Assembly (NCBI GenBank): GCA_963741945.1
Contig: CAVUKA010000003.1
Location: forward strand, 32,001 to 96,000
DNA: 64,000 nucleotides
Reading direction: 5' to 3'
Source: an uncultured Gemmatimonadales bacterium
GTDB lineage: Bacteria > Gemmatimonadota > Gemmatimonadetes > Longimicrobiales > RSA9
A program made the position numbers and the translations under genes. How positions within the stretch are numbered: the first letter of the stretch is position 1; each line of letters starts with the position of its first letter. Shown here one piece after another: positions 22,091 to 31,637 of this stretch. The notes below the pieces were generated by a model. It had not been told where the DNA came from. It saw only the letters and a list, made by a program, of their open reading frames with translations, and ran no database searches.

Positions 22091-22833
22091 TCCGACCGCT
22101 CGTCCTCCTGCACGGCTTCACCGGCGCGCCCGCGTCCTGGGACCCGGTGCTCGAACGGCTCGACGCTCCGGACGCTTTCGCTCCGTCGCTCCTCGGCCAC
22201 GACGGCACGCCGGGCCCCGCCGACGTGCAGGGCTGGGATGACGAGCTCGACCGCGTGGCGCGGCTGGTCCGGCACCGTTTCGACCGGCCGGCCACGCTCG
22301 CCGGGTATTCCCTCGGCGGACGCGTTGCGCTGGGCCTGCTGGTGAGGCACCCGGAGCTGTTCGCCGGCGCCATGCTCATCGGCGCGAGCCCCCGGCTCGC
22401 CGATCCGGCCGAGCGAGAGGCGCGGCGGTCAGAGGATGCGGCCCGGGCGCGGCTGCTGGAACGGGAGGGGCTCCCCGCGTTCGTGGCCGCATGGGAGGCG
22501 CTGCCCCTGTTCCGCACCCAGAGCGTACTGGACCGGGATGTGCTGGAGCGCCAGCGCGCGGTCCGCCTCGCCCACGACCCCGCCGGGCTCGCCCGGTCGC
22601 TGCGCGTGCTCTCCCTCGCCGCCATGCCCGACTACCGGGCTGCGCTGCACCGGGTGGCCGTACCGGCCCACGTCGTGGCGGGAGAGGCGGACGCGAAGTT
22701 CCGGGCCCTGGCCACGGAGATGGCAGCGGAGCTGCCGCGGGCGCGGATCACCATCGTCGCCGGCGCCGGCCACAACGTGGTCCTGGAGCGCCCGGCCGAA
22801 ATCGCTCGACTGCTACAGGAGCTGGATGGATGA
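22087..22833 (+). CDS. menH: SHCHC synthase (alpha/beta hydrolase)
   Basis: LLHGFTG, GYSLGGR, WEALPLF, DAKF, AGHNV; GTGA overlap with menD. Confidence 0.88.
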   Translation: MIRPLVLLHGFTGAPASWDPVLERLDAPDAFAPSLLGHDGTPGPADVQGWDDELDRVARLVRHRFDRPATLAGYSLGGRVALGLLVRHPELFAGAMLIGASPRLADPAEREARRSEDAARARLLEREGLPAFVAAWEALPLFRTQSVLDRDVLERQRAVRLAHDPAGLARSLRVLSLAAMPDYRAALHRVAVPAHVVAGEADAKFRALATEMAAELPRARITIVAGAGHNVVLERPAEIARLLQELDG

Positions 22834-23690
22834 GCATCACCACCGTCGAGGTCGACCGCAGCGGTCCCCCGGAATGGAAGGTCCAGGAATCGTTCGGGTT
22901 CGAAGAGATCATTTACGAGAAGGCGGATGAGGGGATCGCGAAGATCACGATCAACCGCCCCGAGAAGCGGAACGCGTTCACGCCGCTGACCGTGCAGGAG
23001 ATGCGGCGGGCGTTCGACGACGCGCGCGACGACGGCTCCATCGGCGTGATCATCCTCACCGGCAAGGGCGAGAAGGCGTTCTGCTCCGGCGGCGACCAGA
23101 GCGTCCGTGGCAAGGGCGGGTACGTCGGGACGGACCAGGTGCCGCGCCTCAACGTGCTGGACCTCCAGCGGGAGATCCGTGCGCTCCCCAAGCCGGTGAT
23201 CGCCATGGTGGCCGGCTACGCGGTGGGCGGCGGGCACGTGCTGCACATGATCTGCGACCTGACCATTGCGGCCGACAACGCCATCTTCGGCCAGACCGGT
23301 CCGAAGGTGGGGAGCTTCGATGGCGGCTACGGCTCGTCGCACATGGCGAGGATCGTGGGTCAGAAGAAGGCGCGGGAGATCTGGTTCCTCTGTCGCCAGT
23401 ACACGGCGCGGGAAGCACTGGAGATGGGGCTGGTGAACGCCGTGGTCCCGTACGCGAAGATGGAGGAGGAGACGGTGCAGTGGTGCCGCGAGATCCTCCA
23501 GAACAGCCCCATGGCCATCCGCTTCATCAAGGCCGGGATGAACGCCGACGAGGACGGCCAGGCCGGGCTCCAGCAGCTGGCCGGCGACGCCACGCTCCTC
23601 TTCTATCTCACCGAAGAGGGGCAGGAGGGGAAGAACGCGTTCCTGGAGAAGCGGAAGCCCGAGTTCGGCAAGTTCCCCCGGTATCCCTGA
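22830..23690 (+). CDS. menB: 1,4-dihydroxy-2-naphthoyl-CoA synthase
   Basis: [51 protein letters not shown] overlap. Confidence 0.96.
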   Translation: MSITTVEVDRSGPPEWKVQESFGFEEIIYEKADEGIAKITINRPEKRNAFTPLTVQEMRRAFDDARDDGSIGVIILTGKGEKAFCSGGDQSVRGKGGYVGTDQVPRLNVLDLQREIRALPKPVIAMVAGYAVGGGHVLHMICDLTIAADNAIFGQTGPKVGSFDGGYGSSHMARIVGQKKAREIWFLCRQYTAREALEMGLVNAVVPYAKMEEETVQWCREILQNSPMAIRFIKAGMNADEDGQAGLQQLAGDATLLFYLTEEGQEGKNAFLEKRKPEFGKFPRYP

Positions 23691-23697
23691 GTCGAAG

Positions 23698-24600
23698 GTG
23701 ACGATCACACAGGCGTCGCCGGGCATCGTCGCCCGGTGGGTTCTGGCGGCGCGGCCGAAGACGCTCACGGCCGCCGCCGCGCCGGTGCTGGTGGGCACCG
23801 CGTGCGCGTACGCCGTGGACGCCTTCCGGCCGGGGCCCGGGCTCGCGGCGCTGGCGGGCGCGCTGCTGCTCCAGGTGGGCGCGAACTTCGCCAACGACGT
23901 TTTCGACTTCGAGAAAGGCGCGGACACGCACGAGCGGATCGGCCCCACGCGCGTGGTGCAGTCGGGGCTGCTGAGCGCCGCCGCCGTGCGCCGGGCGATG
24001 CTGGTGGTCTTCGGGCTGGCGCTGCTGGCCGGCGTGTACCTGACGTGGGTGGCCGGGCCGGTGATCGTCGTCATCGGCGTCGCATCGATCCTCGCCGCGC
24101 TGGCGTACACGGGCGGGCCGTACCCGCTTGGCTACAACGGGCTCGGCGACGTCGCCGTCCTCCTCTTCTTCGGCTTCGTGGCCGTGTGCGGCACCACCTT
24201 CGTCCAGGCCGGCTTCGTCCCGCCGTTGGCGTGGTGGGCGGCCATCCCGGTGGGCGCGCTCATCACCAACATCCTGGTGGTCAACAACATCCGGGACGTC
24301 CGGACCGATGCCGCCGCCGGCAAGCACACGCTGGCCGTCCGCCTGGGACGCGACGGCGCGCTGGGCGAGTACGCCCTCCTCTTCATCGCCGCCTACGCCG
24401 TCCCTGTCGGCCTGGTCGCCACCGGTCGACTCGGAATCGCCGCGCTCCTCCCGCTCCTCAGCGCCCCCATGGCCGTGCGCCTGTTCCGCTTCGTGCGGCG
24501 CACCACGGGCCGCGCGCTCAATCCGGCCCTCGGCGGGACCGCGAAGCTGGTCTTCATCTTCGGCGCGCTGTTCGCCGCCGGGATCGTGCTCGGGGCGTAG
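23698..24600 (+). CDS. menA: DHNA polyprenyltransferase
   Basis: [58 protein letters not shown]. Confidence 0.94.
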   Translation: MTITQASPGIVARWVLAARPKTLTAAAAPVLVGTACAYAVDAFRPGPGLAALAGALLLQVGANFANDVFDFEKGADTHERIGPTRVVQSGLLSAAAVRRAMLVVFGLALLAGVYLTWVAGPVIVVIGVASILAALAYTGGPYPLGYNGLGDVAVLLFFGFVAVCGTTFVQAGFVPPLAWWAAIPVGALITNILVVNNIRDVRTDAAAGKHTLAVRLGRDGALGEYALLFIAAYAVPVGLVATGRLGIAALLPLLSAPMAVRLFRFVRRTTGRALNPALGGTAKLVFIFGALFAAGIVLGA

Positions 24601-24646
24601 CGGTGGACCGGCGAACGTTCCGCGCCGCGCGCGGGGCCGCGCGTCC

Positions 24647-26125
24647 GTGAGCCTCTCCATCTTCGCGGCCGCCCGCGAGGCGCCGGACCGCATCGCGCTC
24701 GCGGCCGGTGGCCGGAGCTGGACGTTCGCGGAGCTGGCCGACGGCGCGCGTGCGGCGGTCCGGTGGCTGCGAGCGCGCGGGCTCGCGCCGGCCGGTGGCG
24801 CGCGCGCGCCCCTCGTCGCCATGCGCGCGGCATCGGACGTGCCCACGCTCGAGATGCTGCACGCCCTCGTCGCCCTGGGCACCCCGGCGCTGCTGCTGCA
24901 CCCCCGGCTGACGACGGATGAGGAGCGGCGGATCGTGGCGGAGGCGGAGCCCGCGGCCGTGGTGGCAGGCGACTGGCGCGACGCGACGAGTGCGGCTGCC
25001 GCCTCGTTCGCCGGCACGCCAGCGGCCGCCGGCGGTCCATTCCCGTCCGCCGCGCAGCGCCCGTTCCCCGACCCGGCGCTCCCCGTGGCCGACGACCACC
25101 GCCCGCTGGCCGTGCTCTACACGTCCGGCACGACCGGCCGACCCAAGGGTGTCGTCCTCTCGCGCGCGGCATTCGTGGCGTCGGCACGGGCGAGCGAGGC
25201 GAACCTTGGATGGGAGCCGGACGACCGCTGGCTCCTCCGCCTCCCCGTGGCCCACGTGGGCGGCCTGTCCGTGGTCACCCGCTGCCTCCTGGCCCGGCGG
25301 ACCGTGGTCCTCTCCACCGACTCCGATCCGGGCGCGCTCCTGGACACCATCCAGCGCGAGCGGGTCACCATCCTCTCGCTCGTCCCGACGCTGCTCGGGC
25401 GGCTCCTCGACCTCGAGCCGGCCCGCACCGCGCCGGCGCATGTCCGCGCAGTCCTGCTGGGTGGCGCCGCGGCCTCCCCCGCCCTGCTCGAGCGCGCCGC
25501 CGACCGCGGCTGGCCCGTGCTCACCACGTACGGCCTCACGGAGACCTGCTCACAGGCCACCACGCAGCCGTACGGGACCGTGAACCGCGGCGGGATGGGC
25601 GCCGGCCCGCCGCTCCCCGGCACCGAGATCCGGACCGGCGATGACGGGGAGATCCTCGTCCGCGGCCCTTCGCTCCTGACCGGCTACTTCCCGCCCGACG
25701 CGCACCCCGCGCCGTTCCTCGAGGGCGGCTGGCTGCCCACGGGCGACTTCGGGCACCTGGATGCCTCCGGCAATCTCCACGTGTCCGGCCGCCGCGCCGA
25801 CCGCATCGTCACCGGCGGAGAGAACGTGGACCCGCTGGAAGTGGAGCAGGCGCTCGAGGCCGAGCCGGGCATCGCGGGTGCGTGCGTCTTCGGTGCGCGC
25901 GACGAGGAGTGGGGCGAGGTGGTGTGCGCGGCGCTCGTCGCCGACTCCGTCGAAGCCATCCACGCGGCCATCCGGGCGGTCGGCGGCCGCCTCGCGCCCT
26001 TCAAGCTCCCGCGGCGCTTCGCCCTGCTGCACGCGCTGCCGCTCCTGAAGGGGGGCAAGCTCGACCGGGAAGCCACGAAGGAGGCGGCGAAAGACCGGCT
26101 CACGGTCATCTCCTTCAACCGGTGA
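24647..26125 (+). CDS. menE: O-succinylbenzoate-CoA ligase
   Basis: YTSGTTGRPKGV, WLLRLPVAHVGGL, TYGLTETCSQ, TGGENVDPLEVE; GTG start at 24647 is inferred. Confidence 0.85.
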   Translation: MSLSIFAAAREAPDRIALAAGGRSWTFAELADGARAAVRWLRARGLAPAGGARAPLVAMRAASDVPTLEMLHALVALGTPALLLHPRLTTDEERRIVAEAEPAAVVAGDWRDATSAAAASFAGTPAAAGGPFPSAAQRPFPDPALPVADDHRPLAVLYTSGTTGRPKGVVLSRAAFVASARASEANLGWEPDDRWLLRLPVAHVGGLSVVTRCLLARRTVVLSTDSDPGALLDTIQRERVTILSLVPTLLGRLLDLEPARTAPAHVRAVLLGGAAASPALLERAADRGWPVLTTYGLTETCSQATTQPYGTVNRGGMGAGPPLPGTEIRTGDDGEILVRGPSLLTGYFPPDAHPAPFLEGGWLPTGDFGHLDASGNLHVSGRRADRIVTGGENVDPLEVEQALEAEPGIAGACVFGARDEEWGEVVCAALVADSVEAIHAAIRAVGGRLAPFKLPRRFALLHALPLLKGGKLDREATKEAAKDRLTVISFNR

Positions 26126-26492
26126 GCGCGTCGCGAAGCTCCGCGGGGACCGGCACCCGCCCCCCTTCCGAAGGATCGACGGCCACGTGCACCACTCTTC
26201 CCACGCACACCACTTCCCCGTCGCGCTCCACCCGGTACCCGACGGTGTACTCCGTCTCCGCCACGTCGATGCCGGCGATCACCACGTCGATGCGGTCACC
26301 GAAGTGGAGGGGGCGCAGGTAATCGGCTTCCGCGTGCCGCAGCGGCGCGGCCCAGGTGCCGTCGCGCAACGCCTCATCCAGCCGGGCGCCACGCCCGTGC
26401 AGAAAGCTCACGTACGCGTCGTGGAAGTAGTCGAAGACACGGGCGTAGAAGACGATGCCGGCCGCATCGACATCCTGGAAACGCACCGTCAT
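26115..26492 (-). CDS. Hotdog-fold acyl-CoA thioesterase (4HBT family; candidate DHNA-CoA thioesterase)
   Basis: VRFQDVDAAGIVFY and HAEADYLRPL motifs; converges on menE. Confidence 0.8.
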   Translation of the reverse strand: MTVRFQDVDAAGIVFYARVFDYFHDAYVSFLHGRGARLDEALRDGTWAAPLRHAEADYLRPLHFGDRIDVVIAGIDVAETEYTVGYRVERDGEVVCVGRVVHVAVDPSEGGRVPVPAELRDALTG

Positions 26493-26577
26493 GGCCTCCG
26501 CATGAAGCGTCGCGTCCGATTTCCTCGGGTCCTGACCCTGGATGTCGATGTCCGCCTCCGCCCGGCCAGCGCCGGTA

Positions 26578-27144
26578 TCAGGTTTCCGGCCGCGCGTGCC
26601 GCCCCTCGGCGATCTCCTCGGCCACCTTGCGATTGAACGCCGGTATGTCGTCCGGCTTGCGGCTGGTCACCAGCCCGTGGTCCACCACCACTTCCTCGTC
26701 CACCCAGTCGGCGCCCGCGTTGCGCAGGTCCGTCTGCAGCGACGGCCACGAGGTCACGCGCCGACCGCGCACCACGTCCGCCTCCACCAGCGTCCACGGG
26801 CCGTGGCAGATGGCCCCGATCGGCTTGCCCGCGTCGAAGAACGAGCGCGCGAACGCCACCGCCCGGTCCTCCAGCCGCAGGTTGTCCGGGTTCATCTGGC
26901 CGCCCGGCAGCACGAGCGCATCGTAGTCGTCCGCGCGGGCCTCCGACAGCGGCACGTCCACGTCCAGCTCGTCGCCCCAGTGGTCGTGCTTCCACCCCTT
27001 CACCTTCCCGTCCGCCGGCGAGACGATGAACGTCTTCGCGCCCGCGTCGTCCAGCGCCTTCCGCGGCCCGGTCAGCTCCACCTGCTCGAAGCCGTCCGCC
27101 ACCAGGAACGCCACCTTCTTCCCGCTCAGGTCGTGCTCTGCCAT
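26578..27144 (-). CDS. PfpI/DJ-1 family protein
   Basis: DGFEQVEL, LVLPGG, AICHGPW, VTSRKPDDIPAF; start MAEHDL with an AAGGAG RBS. Confidence 0.92.
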   Translation of the reverse strand: MAEHDLSGKKVAFLVADGFEQVELTGPRKALDDAGAKTFIVSPADGKVKGWKHDHWGDELDVDVPLSEARADDYDALVLPGGQMNPDNLRLEDRAVAFARSFFDAGKPIGAICHGPWTLVEADVVRGRRVTSWPSLQTDLRNAGADWVDEEVVVDHGLVTSRKPDDIPAFNRKVAEEIAEGRHARPET

Positions 27145-27288
27145 ATCGTTTCTCTCCTTGGTGTTACATGGGATCGTGGGAGAGAAGGGGTGCAAGGAGC
27201 GTGCGGGCGCGGGGGGAAGGCGGGTGGAAAGGCATGACCGGGGGCGCACCCCGTGCACGTCGGCCACCACTCCCCTAAACTCAAGGCC

Positions 27289-28272
27289 ATGCAATACACG
27301 AATCTCGGCCGCACCGGCCTCACGGTTTCGAAGATCGCCCTCGGCTGCATGTCGTACGGGACGTCGGAATGGCGCCCGTGGGTCCTGGACGAGGACGCCG
27401 CCCGCCCCTTCTACCGCCGCGCCATCGAGGCGGGCATCAACTTCTTCGACACGGCGGACATGTACTCCCGCGGCGTGAGCGAGGAAGTGACCGGGCGCGC
27501 GCTGAAGGAGTACGGCGTGCGCGAGGAGCTGGTCATCGCCACCAAGGTCTTCTTCCCGTACAACGACCGCCCGAACCGCGGCGGCCTGTCCCGAAAGCAC
27601 ATCGTGGAGGGGTGCGAGGCCAGCCTCCGCCGACTCGGCATCGAGGCCATCGACCTGTACCAGATCCACCGCTTCGACCCGGCCACGCCGCTGGAGGAGA
27701 CGCTGGCGGCCCTCGACCACCTGGTCCAGGCCGGGAAGGTGCGCTACCTCGGGGCCAGCTCCGGGTGGGCGTGGCAGCTGGCGAAAGCCCTCGGGCTCTC
27801 CGACCGGAACGGCTGGGCCCGCTTCGTCTCCATGCAGAACCACTACAACCTGATCTACCGCGAGGAGGAGCGGGAGATGATCCCGCTCTGCCGCGACCAG
27901 GGCCTCGGCATCATCCCCTGGTCCCCCCTCGCCCGCGGCTACCTGGCCGGCACCCGGACGTCGTTCCAGGACCGGTCGTCCACGAAGCGCGCGGAGACCG
28001 ACGAGTACGGCCACCGGATGTACGACAGCCCGGGCGACGACGCCATCCTCGAAGCCGTCCGGGGCGTGGCCGACGCCCGGGGCGTCAGCATGGCCGAAGT
28101 CGCCCTGGCCTGGCTCGGCTCACGCCCGGGCGTCACCGCCCCCATCGTGGGCGCCACCAAGCTCGAGCACCTGGACGCCGCCATCCGGTCCGTGGAGCTG
28201 ACGCTGAGCGACGACGAAGTCCGCCGCCTCGAGGCCCCGTACCAGCCGCACCGGGTTATGGGTCACACCTAG
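27289..28272 (+). CDS. Aldo/keto reductase (YajO-like)
   Basis: LGRTGLTVSKIALGCM, FFDTADMYS, IATKV, IDLYQIHR, MQNHYNL, PWSPLARG. Confidence 0.94.
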   Translation: MQYTNLGRTGLTVSKIALGCMSYGTSEWRPWVLDEDAARPFYRRAIEAGINFFDTADMYSRGVSEEVTGRALKEYGVREELVIATKVFFPYNDRPNRGGLSRKHIVEGCEASLRRLGIEAIDLYQIHRFDPATPLEETLAALDHLVQAGKVRYLGASSGWAWQLAKALGLSDRNGWARFVSMQNHYNLIYREEEREMIPLCRDQGLGIIPWSPLARGYLAGTRTSFQDRSSTKRAETDEYGHRMYDSPGDDAILEAVRGVADARGVSMAEVALAWLGSRPGVTAPIVGATKLEHLDAAIRSVELTLSDDEVRRLEAPYQPHRVMGHT

Positions 28273-28320
28273 AAGCGGCCCAGGCGCCGACCGGCCCCAA
28301 GCGCCGAGGAGCGCCCGGGT

Positions 28321-28583
28321 CCGTGCTCCGTCTGGCGTGCCCGTGCTCCGTCCGGCGTGTCCGTGCTCCGTCCGGCGTGTCCGTGCTCCGTCCGGCGTGC
28401 CCGTGCTCCGTCTGGCGTGTCCGTGCCCGGCCGTTGTCCGTGCTCCGTCCGGCGTGTCCGTGCTCCGTCCGGCGTGTCCGTGCTCCGTCTGGCGTGCCCG
28501 TGCCCGGCCGTTGTCCGTGTCCGTGGACCCCGAACACGCCCCCGGAAAACACGAACCGCCGGACACGCCAGACGGAGCACGGG
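28321..28583. repeat. 20-bp tandem repeat array with one inverted copy
   Basis: CCGTGCTCCGTCYGGCGTGY x5, a 17-bp variant CCGTGCCCGGCCGTTGT, x3, the variant again (28321-28514); inverted unit at 28563-28582. Confidence 0.92.
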
Positions 28584-28617
28584 CGCGGGCACGGATGCGG
28601 GCGGGCGTCCTCGGTGG

Positions 28618-30105
28618 TTAGCCCACCGGCGCCACCTGGAACTGGTCGATGGTCCCGTCCGGGAGCTCGTACGTCCACACTCTCAGCATCCGGTCGGCGA
28701 ACACGGCCCTGTACACGCGCAGGATCATCCCGCCGCGGTCGGACGTGCCCGTCTGCACGAACTCACGCGGCGGGCCGAGCGGGGCGAGGCTGGACTCGAA
28801 GTCGTCCAGCGCCTGCTGGCTGAAATAGGCGTTCGCCGACGCGTTGAAGAGCGACCGGTCGATGTCGCCCTTCTGCAGCCCCGTGAAGATGGCCAGCGCG
28901 CGGGCGGTGCGCGCGGCTTCCAGCGTGTCGGTGGTGGCGAAGAGCAGCCCCGTCACGCCGCGGGCGATGGCGCCGGCCGCGGGCGCGGCGTCCTGGTTCG
29001 TCAGCACCACCACGGCCGCGCCGTCCTCCAGGAAGACGTAGTTGTACGCCGTGAAGCCCGACATCTCGCCGCTGTGCGACACCAGGAAGTGGCCGTTCTG
29101 CATCCCCACGTCCACGCCCAGGCCGTAGCCGCTCCCGGCCCCGTTCGCCAGCCGCATCTCCTTCTCCATCTCGTCATACGACGCCGGGCTCAGCAGGCTC
29201 TCACGGATCAGCGAGATGTCCCATCGGGCCAGGTCGCTGGCCGTCATGGCCAGCATCCCCATGCCGAAGCCCCAGCCGCTCCCCGCGTCGGGCGCCGGGC
29301 GTAGCGGGCCGAGGGCGTAGCGGAGGTAGCCGGAGGCGTCCGTCGCCTGCGACGCCTCGGTGTCGAAGTCGCTCGCGCTCTCCAGCTCCAGCGGCTCCAG
29401 GATCCGCTCCCGCACGAACTGGAAGAACGGCACCCCCGCCGCTTTCTGGATGATCAGCGCCGCCACGTCGAAGCCCGTGTTGCTGTACTGCCAGCGCGTC
29501 CCCGGCTCGAAGTTCAGCGGCCGCCCCGCCCACCGCCGCGCGATGTCCTCCGGCGAGATGTCGTGCAGCATCATCAACGGCACGTAGTCCTCCGGCCAGA
29601 AGTCCTGGTACCCCGACGTGTGCGACAGCAGCTGCCGCACCGTGATCCGGTCCGCGTCGGTCAGGTTCAGCTCCGGCAGCCACTTCGACACCGGGTCGTC
29701 CAGCGACAGCTTCCCGTCCTCCACCAGCAGCAGCGCCGCCGCCGCCGTGAACTGCTTGCTGATCGACCCGATGGCATAGCGCATGTCCGCCGACGCCGGC
29801 GTCCGCGGCTCCAGCCGCGCCTGGCCGTACGCCCGCGCGTACGCCAGCGCCCCGTCCTTCACCACCGCCACCGACGCGCTCGGCACGCCCGTGGCCTCCA
29901 GCACCGCCGCCGCCACCGAGTCCACCTGCGACGCCAGCCCGGGCGACGCCACCGCCGTCCCGATCTGCCCGGCCAGCGGCGAGGCCGCCGCGGCGACCCC
30001 GGCGGCCACCGTGGCCGCCGCGCCGACCACCACCCCCGCCCCCGCCCCTGTCCCCGCGGCCAGCGCCGCGGCCGTGAACAGGCTCCGCATCCTGCCAATG
30101 CTCAT
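28618..30105 (-). CDS. Serine hydrolase, beta-lactamase class C-like family
   Basis: GSISKQFTA (SxxK), LLSHTSG, WQYSNTGF (YxN), SHSGE; signal-like N-terminus. Confidence 0.9.
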   Translation of the reverse strand: MSIGRMRSLFTAAALAAGTGAGAGVVVGAAATVAAGVAAAASPLAGQIGTAVASPGLASQVDSVAAAVLEATGVPSASVAVVKDGALAYARAYGQARLEPRTPASADMRYAIGSISKQFTAAAALLLVEDGKLSLDDPVSKWLPELNLTDADRITVRQLLSHTSGYQDFWPEDYVPLMMLHDISPEDIARRWAGRPLNFEPGTRWQYSNTGFDVAALIIQKAAGVPFFQFVRERILEPLELESASDFDTEASQATDASGYLRYALGPLRPAPDAGSGWGFGMGMLAMTASDLARWDISLIRESLLSPASYDEMEKEMRLANGAGSGYGLGVDVGMQNGHFLVSHSGEMSGFTAYNYVFLEDGAAVVVLTNQDAAPAAGAIARGVTGLLFATTDTLEAARTARALAIFTGLQKGDIDRSLFNASANAYFSQQALDDFESSLAPLGPPREFVQTGTSDRGGMILRVYRAVFADRMLRVWTYELPDGTIDQFQVAPVG

Positions 30106-30193
30106 CGTTCCACTCCGTTCGTTCGCGCGTTCGTGCATCGACCGGGGAAAGAGAGCACCGTGCGGCGGAAAGGGCAAAGGCGCGACGGAGGGC

Positions 30194-30338
30194 CCGCGGT
30201 CAACTCGACAACTGGAGGGCCGCCGGTCGAATGAATGTCGAGTTTGCCGCGGAAACCGCGGTGAACTCGACATGCGCCGTCCCGGGCGCGGCAGGGGGTG
30301 TCGACTTCACCGCGGTTCCCGCGGTCGATCCGACATTC
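30194..30338. repeat. Pair of inverted REP-like palindromes
   Basis: ATGTCGAGTTTGCCGCGG-AAA-CCGCGGTGAACTCGACAT (30235-30273), a diverged inverted copy (30299-30338) and a partial copy at 30194-30210. Confidence 0.7.
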
Positions 30339-30609
30339 GCCCCCGGCTTCCTCGTCGACCGGGCGAGTTCGCCGCGGTCGGCCGCCCGCGACTCGTCACC
30401 GCACCCCGGCGGCCCCGGCCGGCACGCCGTGCAGACGCCTGTAACGATCCGTCACTACGGCCGCTGCGCCGCGGGCGCGACGGCCCTCCCGAAAGCCGCG
30501 TCCTGACGCCACTCTGACGCCTCCACTCTGCCCGGCGCGGCCCGGGGCACGCCGCTTGCCCCCGTAGGGGCAGCCCCACCCCCGGACACACGCGCTCGCG
30601 AATCCGCGG

Positions 30610-31551
30610 ATGAAAGACAATAGCCACGCAGGAGACATCCACGCGCTGCTGGGTCCCGAGGCGGGCCGCCGCTGGCGGCTCGCCCTGGAGCTCGGCCCCA
30701 CGCTGGCCCGCGTCACGACCCGCCCCACCGTCCTTGCCCGAGTGGGCCGCTCCGTCGGGGAGATGTTCGCCGGCCGCGGCGTGGTGGTGCTGCGTCGCGA
30801 CGCCACTTCAGGGTGGACGGCGGCGTGGCCGGAGCGGCCGGTGCTCCCGGCGCGGGAGCTACCCCACCTGCCTCGTCTGGACGAGGCGGGGGTTTGGGAC
30901 ACGCGGGCGGAGCCGGCGGCGGTCCCGGGCGCGTGGGCGGCGGCGGCCGCCGCGCTGGACGCGCCGATCCTGGTCCACGTGCCGCTGAGCGCCACGGGGC
31001 TCGTGGTGCTGGGGATGGGTGCGGGCGAGGGCGTGGGCGCGGACGAGTGGCCGCTGCTGCTCACCGTCGCCCGGACGGCGGGCCGGGCGCTGGGCGCCGT
31101 CGAGGACGGGGCGGGCCGGCTGCGCAGCGCGCTCACGGACCCGGCCACGGGGCTCCCCAACCGGCTGTACCTGGATCTGGTGCTGGAGCGCTACATGGCC
31201 GCGGCGCGGCGGGGCGAGCCGCTGTCTGCGCTCCTGATCCAGCGGGCGACGCCGGGCGACGCGCCGGCCTCCTCGCCGCCGGCCCGCTGGGCCGACGCCA
31301 TCCACGAGGCCGTGCGCGAGTCGGACGTGGTGGGCGCGCTCGAGGACGGCCGCTTCCTGGTGCTGCTCACCCGCTGCGGCAACGGCGGCGGGCGCCACGT
31401 GGTCTACCGGCTGCGCCAGCGGCTCGGGCCGGAGCGCCAGTTCCACGCGGGCATCGCCGAGTTCGGGCCGGGCGCGACGTCCGCGGACGCACTGGTCGCC
31501 GCTGCCGGGGAGGCGCTCAGGGCCAGCCAGCGGAGGATGGTGCCGGGCTGA
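30610..31551 (+). CDS. Degenerate GGDEF-domain protein
   Basis: LTDPATGLPNR opens the GGDEF fold; RESD I-site kept; active site reads EDGRF; the first Asp metal ligand is replaced (LLIQ). Confidence 0.75.
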   Translation: MKDNSHAGDIHALLGPEAGRRWRLALELGPTLARVTTRPTVLARVGRSVGEMFAGRGVVVLRRDATSGWTAAWPERPVLPARELPHLPRLDEAGVWDTRAEPAAVPGAWAAAAAALDAPILVHVPLSATGLVVLGMGAGEGVGADEWPLLLTVARTAGRALGAVEDGAGRLRSALTDPATGLPNRLYLDLVLERYMAAARRGEPLSALLIQRATPGDAPASSPPARWADAIHEAVRESDVVGALEDGRFLVLLTRCGNGGGRHVVYRLRQRLGPERQFHAGIAEFGPGATSADALVAAAGEALRASQRRMVPG

Positions 31552-31637
31552 GGGATTCGGCGCGGAAGGGGTGCTGGCCGGAAAAGGGCGCGAAGATCGC
31601 TGTCCGCGCTGCCGCCGGAGGGAGCCGGCGAAAGATG

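Noticed and set aside
24601-24646. Hidden menC or a MenC-MenE fusion
   Set aside because: The gap is 46 bp and MenE has no enolase-family motifs; the upstream part of the 665-aa ORF is an alternate frame of menA.
27191-27206. Sigma-54 promoter for the PfpI gene (CCGCAC-N5-TTGCA)
   Set aside because: It lacks the invariant GG at -24.
28321-28514. CRISPR array or repeat-protein ORFs
   Set aside because: There are no spacers, and the 20-bp period is not a multiple of three, so the ORFs here are by-products.
28618-30105. Antibiotic-resistance beta-lactamase
   Set aside because: SxxK/YxN motifs are shared by many peptidases and esterases; nothing here is specific to AmpC.
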